Below are positions 62,572 through 64,000 of a DNA stretch of 64,000 nt, piece after piece. Location: the NCBI GenBank assembly GCA_037447115.1, contig JBBIHH010000004.1:71060-135059 (forward strand), given 5' to 3'. Numbering within the stretch: position 1 is the stretch's first letter; every line of letters starts with the position of its first letter. Below the pieces are notes generated by a model that did no database searches, was not told where the DNA came from, and worked only from the letters and a program-made list of their open reading frames with translations. This DNA comes from Acidobacteriota bacterium (lineage in GTDB: Bacteria > Acidobacteriota > Polarisedimenticolia > Polarisedimenticolales > JBBIHH01). A program made the position numbers and the translations under genes.

Positions 62572-63882
62572 ATGGCATTCGGATCGTTTTTCGCCGGGCT
62601 CTCGGGACTGCAGGCCAACAGCAGCCGCCTGAGCGTCATCGGCAACAATCTGGCCAACATCAACACCATCGGCTTCAAGGGAAGCCGCGTGACCTTCCAG
62701 GACATCTTCAGCCAGCCCGGGGGCGGGGCCGGCATCAACGGCGCCGGCAATCCCCTGCAGGTGGGCCTGGGCTCCCAGGTGGCGAGCATCGATCAGATTT
62801 TCACCCAGGGTTCGCTGCAGACGACGGGACTCGTCACCGATGTCGCGATCCAGGGCAACGGCTTCTTCGTGCTCGCGAGCCTCGCCGGCGGGCAGGCCTT
62901 CACCCGCGCGGGCAACTTCACCTTCGACAAGGACGGCTTTCTCGTGACCCCCAGCGGCTTCTTCGTCCAGGGGTACACCACGCGCGACGCCAACGGCAAC
63001 ATCGTCACCTCGGGGGCGATCACGAACATTCGGATTCCCGCGGGACTCACCGCGCCTCCCAGGGCCACGAGCTTCATCACGAACGTGATCAACCTCAGCG
63101 CGGACGCGCGCGTGGACGATCCCCTCACCGCGATCGACGAGGCGGAGGTGTTCTCCACCAGCTTGGCCATCTTCGATTCCCTCGGGGCGCGCCACAACCT
63201 CACGTTCAACTTCCGCCCCGTCGACAGCGACGGCGACGGTTTTCTCGACGAGTGGAGCTACGAGGTCACGGCTCCGGGCGAGGAGGTGGCGGGCGGCACG
63301 GCCGGAACGCCGTTCGTCATCGCCTCGGGGACCATCGCCTTCGACGCCAACGGACGGCTGGTGCAGCCGAGCGGCAATGTGGCCTTGAGCGTCCCGGGAT
63401 GGACCAACGGTGCCGCGGCGCAGGCCATCGAGTGGCGCCTGTTCGACGACAACGGCGAGGGCATCCTTACGGGCTTTTCCGGGCCCTCCTCCACCTCGGC
63501 CACGAACCAGGACGGCTTCAGCGTCGGGCAGCTCAGGACGCTGACGATCGACCAGGACGGCCTCATCTCGGGGATTTTCACCAACGGCGTGACGCTCCAG
63601 CTCGCCCGCTTCGCCCTGGCCACGTTCAACAACAACAATGGCTTGCTCACGGCAGGGCAGAACCTGTTCCTGGAGACGAACGCCTCGGGGCCGCCCACCA
63701 TCGGCGGCGCCAACTCGGGCGGCCGCGGCGTGACGCGCGCGAGCAGCCTGGAGCTGGCGAACGTGGACATCACGCAGGAGTTCACCGATTTGATCATCAG
63801 CCAGCGGGGTTACCAGGCGAACAGCCGCATCATCACCACCACCGACGAAGTGATCCAGGAGGCGTTGAACCTCAAGCGCTGA
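62572..63882 (+). CDS. flgE: Flagellar hook protein FlgE
   Basis: 436 aa. MAFGSFFAGLSGLQANSSRLSVIGNNLANINTIGFK, GNGFFV, and C-terminal LANVDITQEFTDLIISQRGYQANSRIITTTDEVIQEALNLKR. Confidence 0.95.
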   Translation: MAFGSFFAGLSGLQANSSRLSVIGNNLANINTIGFKGSRVTFQDIFSQPGGGAGINGAGNPLQVGLGSQVASIDQIFTQGSLQTTGLVTDVAIQGNGFFVLASLAGGQAFTRAGNFTFDKDGFLVTPSGFFVQGYTTRDANGNIVTSGAITNIRIPAGLTAPPRATSFITNVINLSADARVDDPLTAIDEAEVFSTSLAIFDSLGARHNLTFNFRPVDSDGDGFLDEWSYEVTAPGEEVAGGTAGTPFVIASGTIAFDANGRLVQPSGNVALSVPGWTNGAAAQAIEWRLFDDNGEGILTGFSGPSSTSATNQDGFSVGQLRTLTIDQDGLISGIFTNGVTLQLARFALATFNNNNGLLTAGQNLFLETNASGPPTIGGANSGGRGVTRASSLELANVDITQEFTDLIISQRGYQANSRIITTTDEVIQEALNLKR

Positions 63883-63911
63883 CGCTCCTGGTTTGGCAAG
63901 TCCCTGCGGTG

Positions 63912-63940
63912 CGGGCCGCCGACCCGGCGGCCCGTTTTTT
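63912..63940 (+). terminator. Rho-independent terminator after flgE
   Basis: CGGGCCGCC-GACCC-GGCGGCCCG stem-loop followed by TTTTTT. Confidence 0.8.
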
Positions 63941-64000
63941 CCATTCGCCTCGAGAGCGGCGGCTGGCTCCCGGCGAACGGGTCGCGCCGGCCCCTAGCGA

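Overview
This is a very G+C-rich bacterial chromosomal segment in which third codon positions are almost all G/C. As a result, long spurious ORFs appear on every strand and frame, and many ORF-track entries are antisense shadows or 5'-over-extended. All calls come from reading translations and motifs by eye; no homology search was run.

Layout:
(1) 1-9.2 kb: a complex I operon, nuoD(partial)-E-F-G-H-J-K-L-N. It has no nuoI and no nuoM at their canonical positions.
(2) 9.4-15.1 kb: housekeeping genes. These are a metalloenzyme, ssrA/tmRNA, an AmiC-type amidase, a GerMN lipoprotein, rph, rdgB and tRNA-Asn. The tmRNA gene is followed directly by three near-identical 159-bp tandem units, each regenerating the last 28 nt of ssrA.
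(3) 15.1-17.5 kb: a decayed insertion next to tRNA-Asn. It holds a truncated REC/HisKA gene, a frameshifted tyrosine-integrase remnant, a more A/T-rich flippase-like gene and a 20-codon GT2 stub.
(4) 17.8-31.6 kb: an accessory-looking mix. It includes pirin, a nitroreductase, two Na+/solute symporters each with a tiny membrane partner, a Tat-signal class-V PLP enzyme, a secreted cupredoxin-like protein next to a roughly 900-aa secreted repeat protein, a periplasmic HMA protein, a His/aromatic-rich secreted protein and a PqaA-family lipoprotein.
(5) 31.6-42.3 kb: a glycosylation island with three GT2 enzymes (two carrying TPR regions), a further putative glycosyltransferase, a sulfotransferase, rmlC, rmlD and an SDR epimerase/dehydratase. 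It lies immediately upstream of a PilZ gene and fliC.
(6) 42.5-63.9 kb: a flagellar regulon. Gene order is fliC-flaG-fliD-fliS-(fliT-like), a domain-less sigma-54 activator, a secreted TPR protein with a FlrB/FlrC-like two-component pair, then flgBC-fliEFGHIJ-(MotE-like)-fliK-flgD-flgE. Four sigma-54 promoter-like sites sit in front of flagellar operons.

No CRISPR array, rRNA gene or intact mobile element was seen.

The observations most worth follow-up are the ssrA-linked tandem tRNA-like repeat, the sulfotransferase-containing putative flagellin-glycosylation island, and the secreted cupredoxin/repeat-protein pair.
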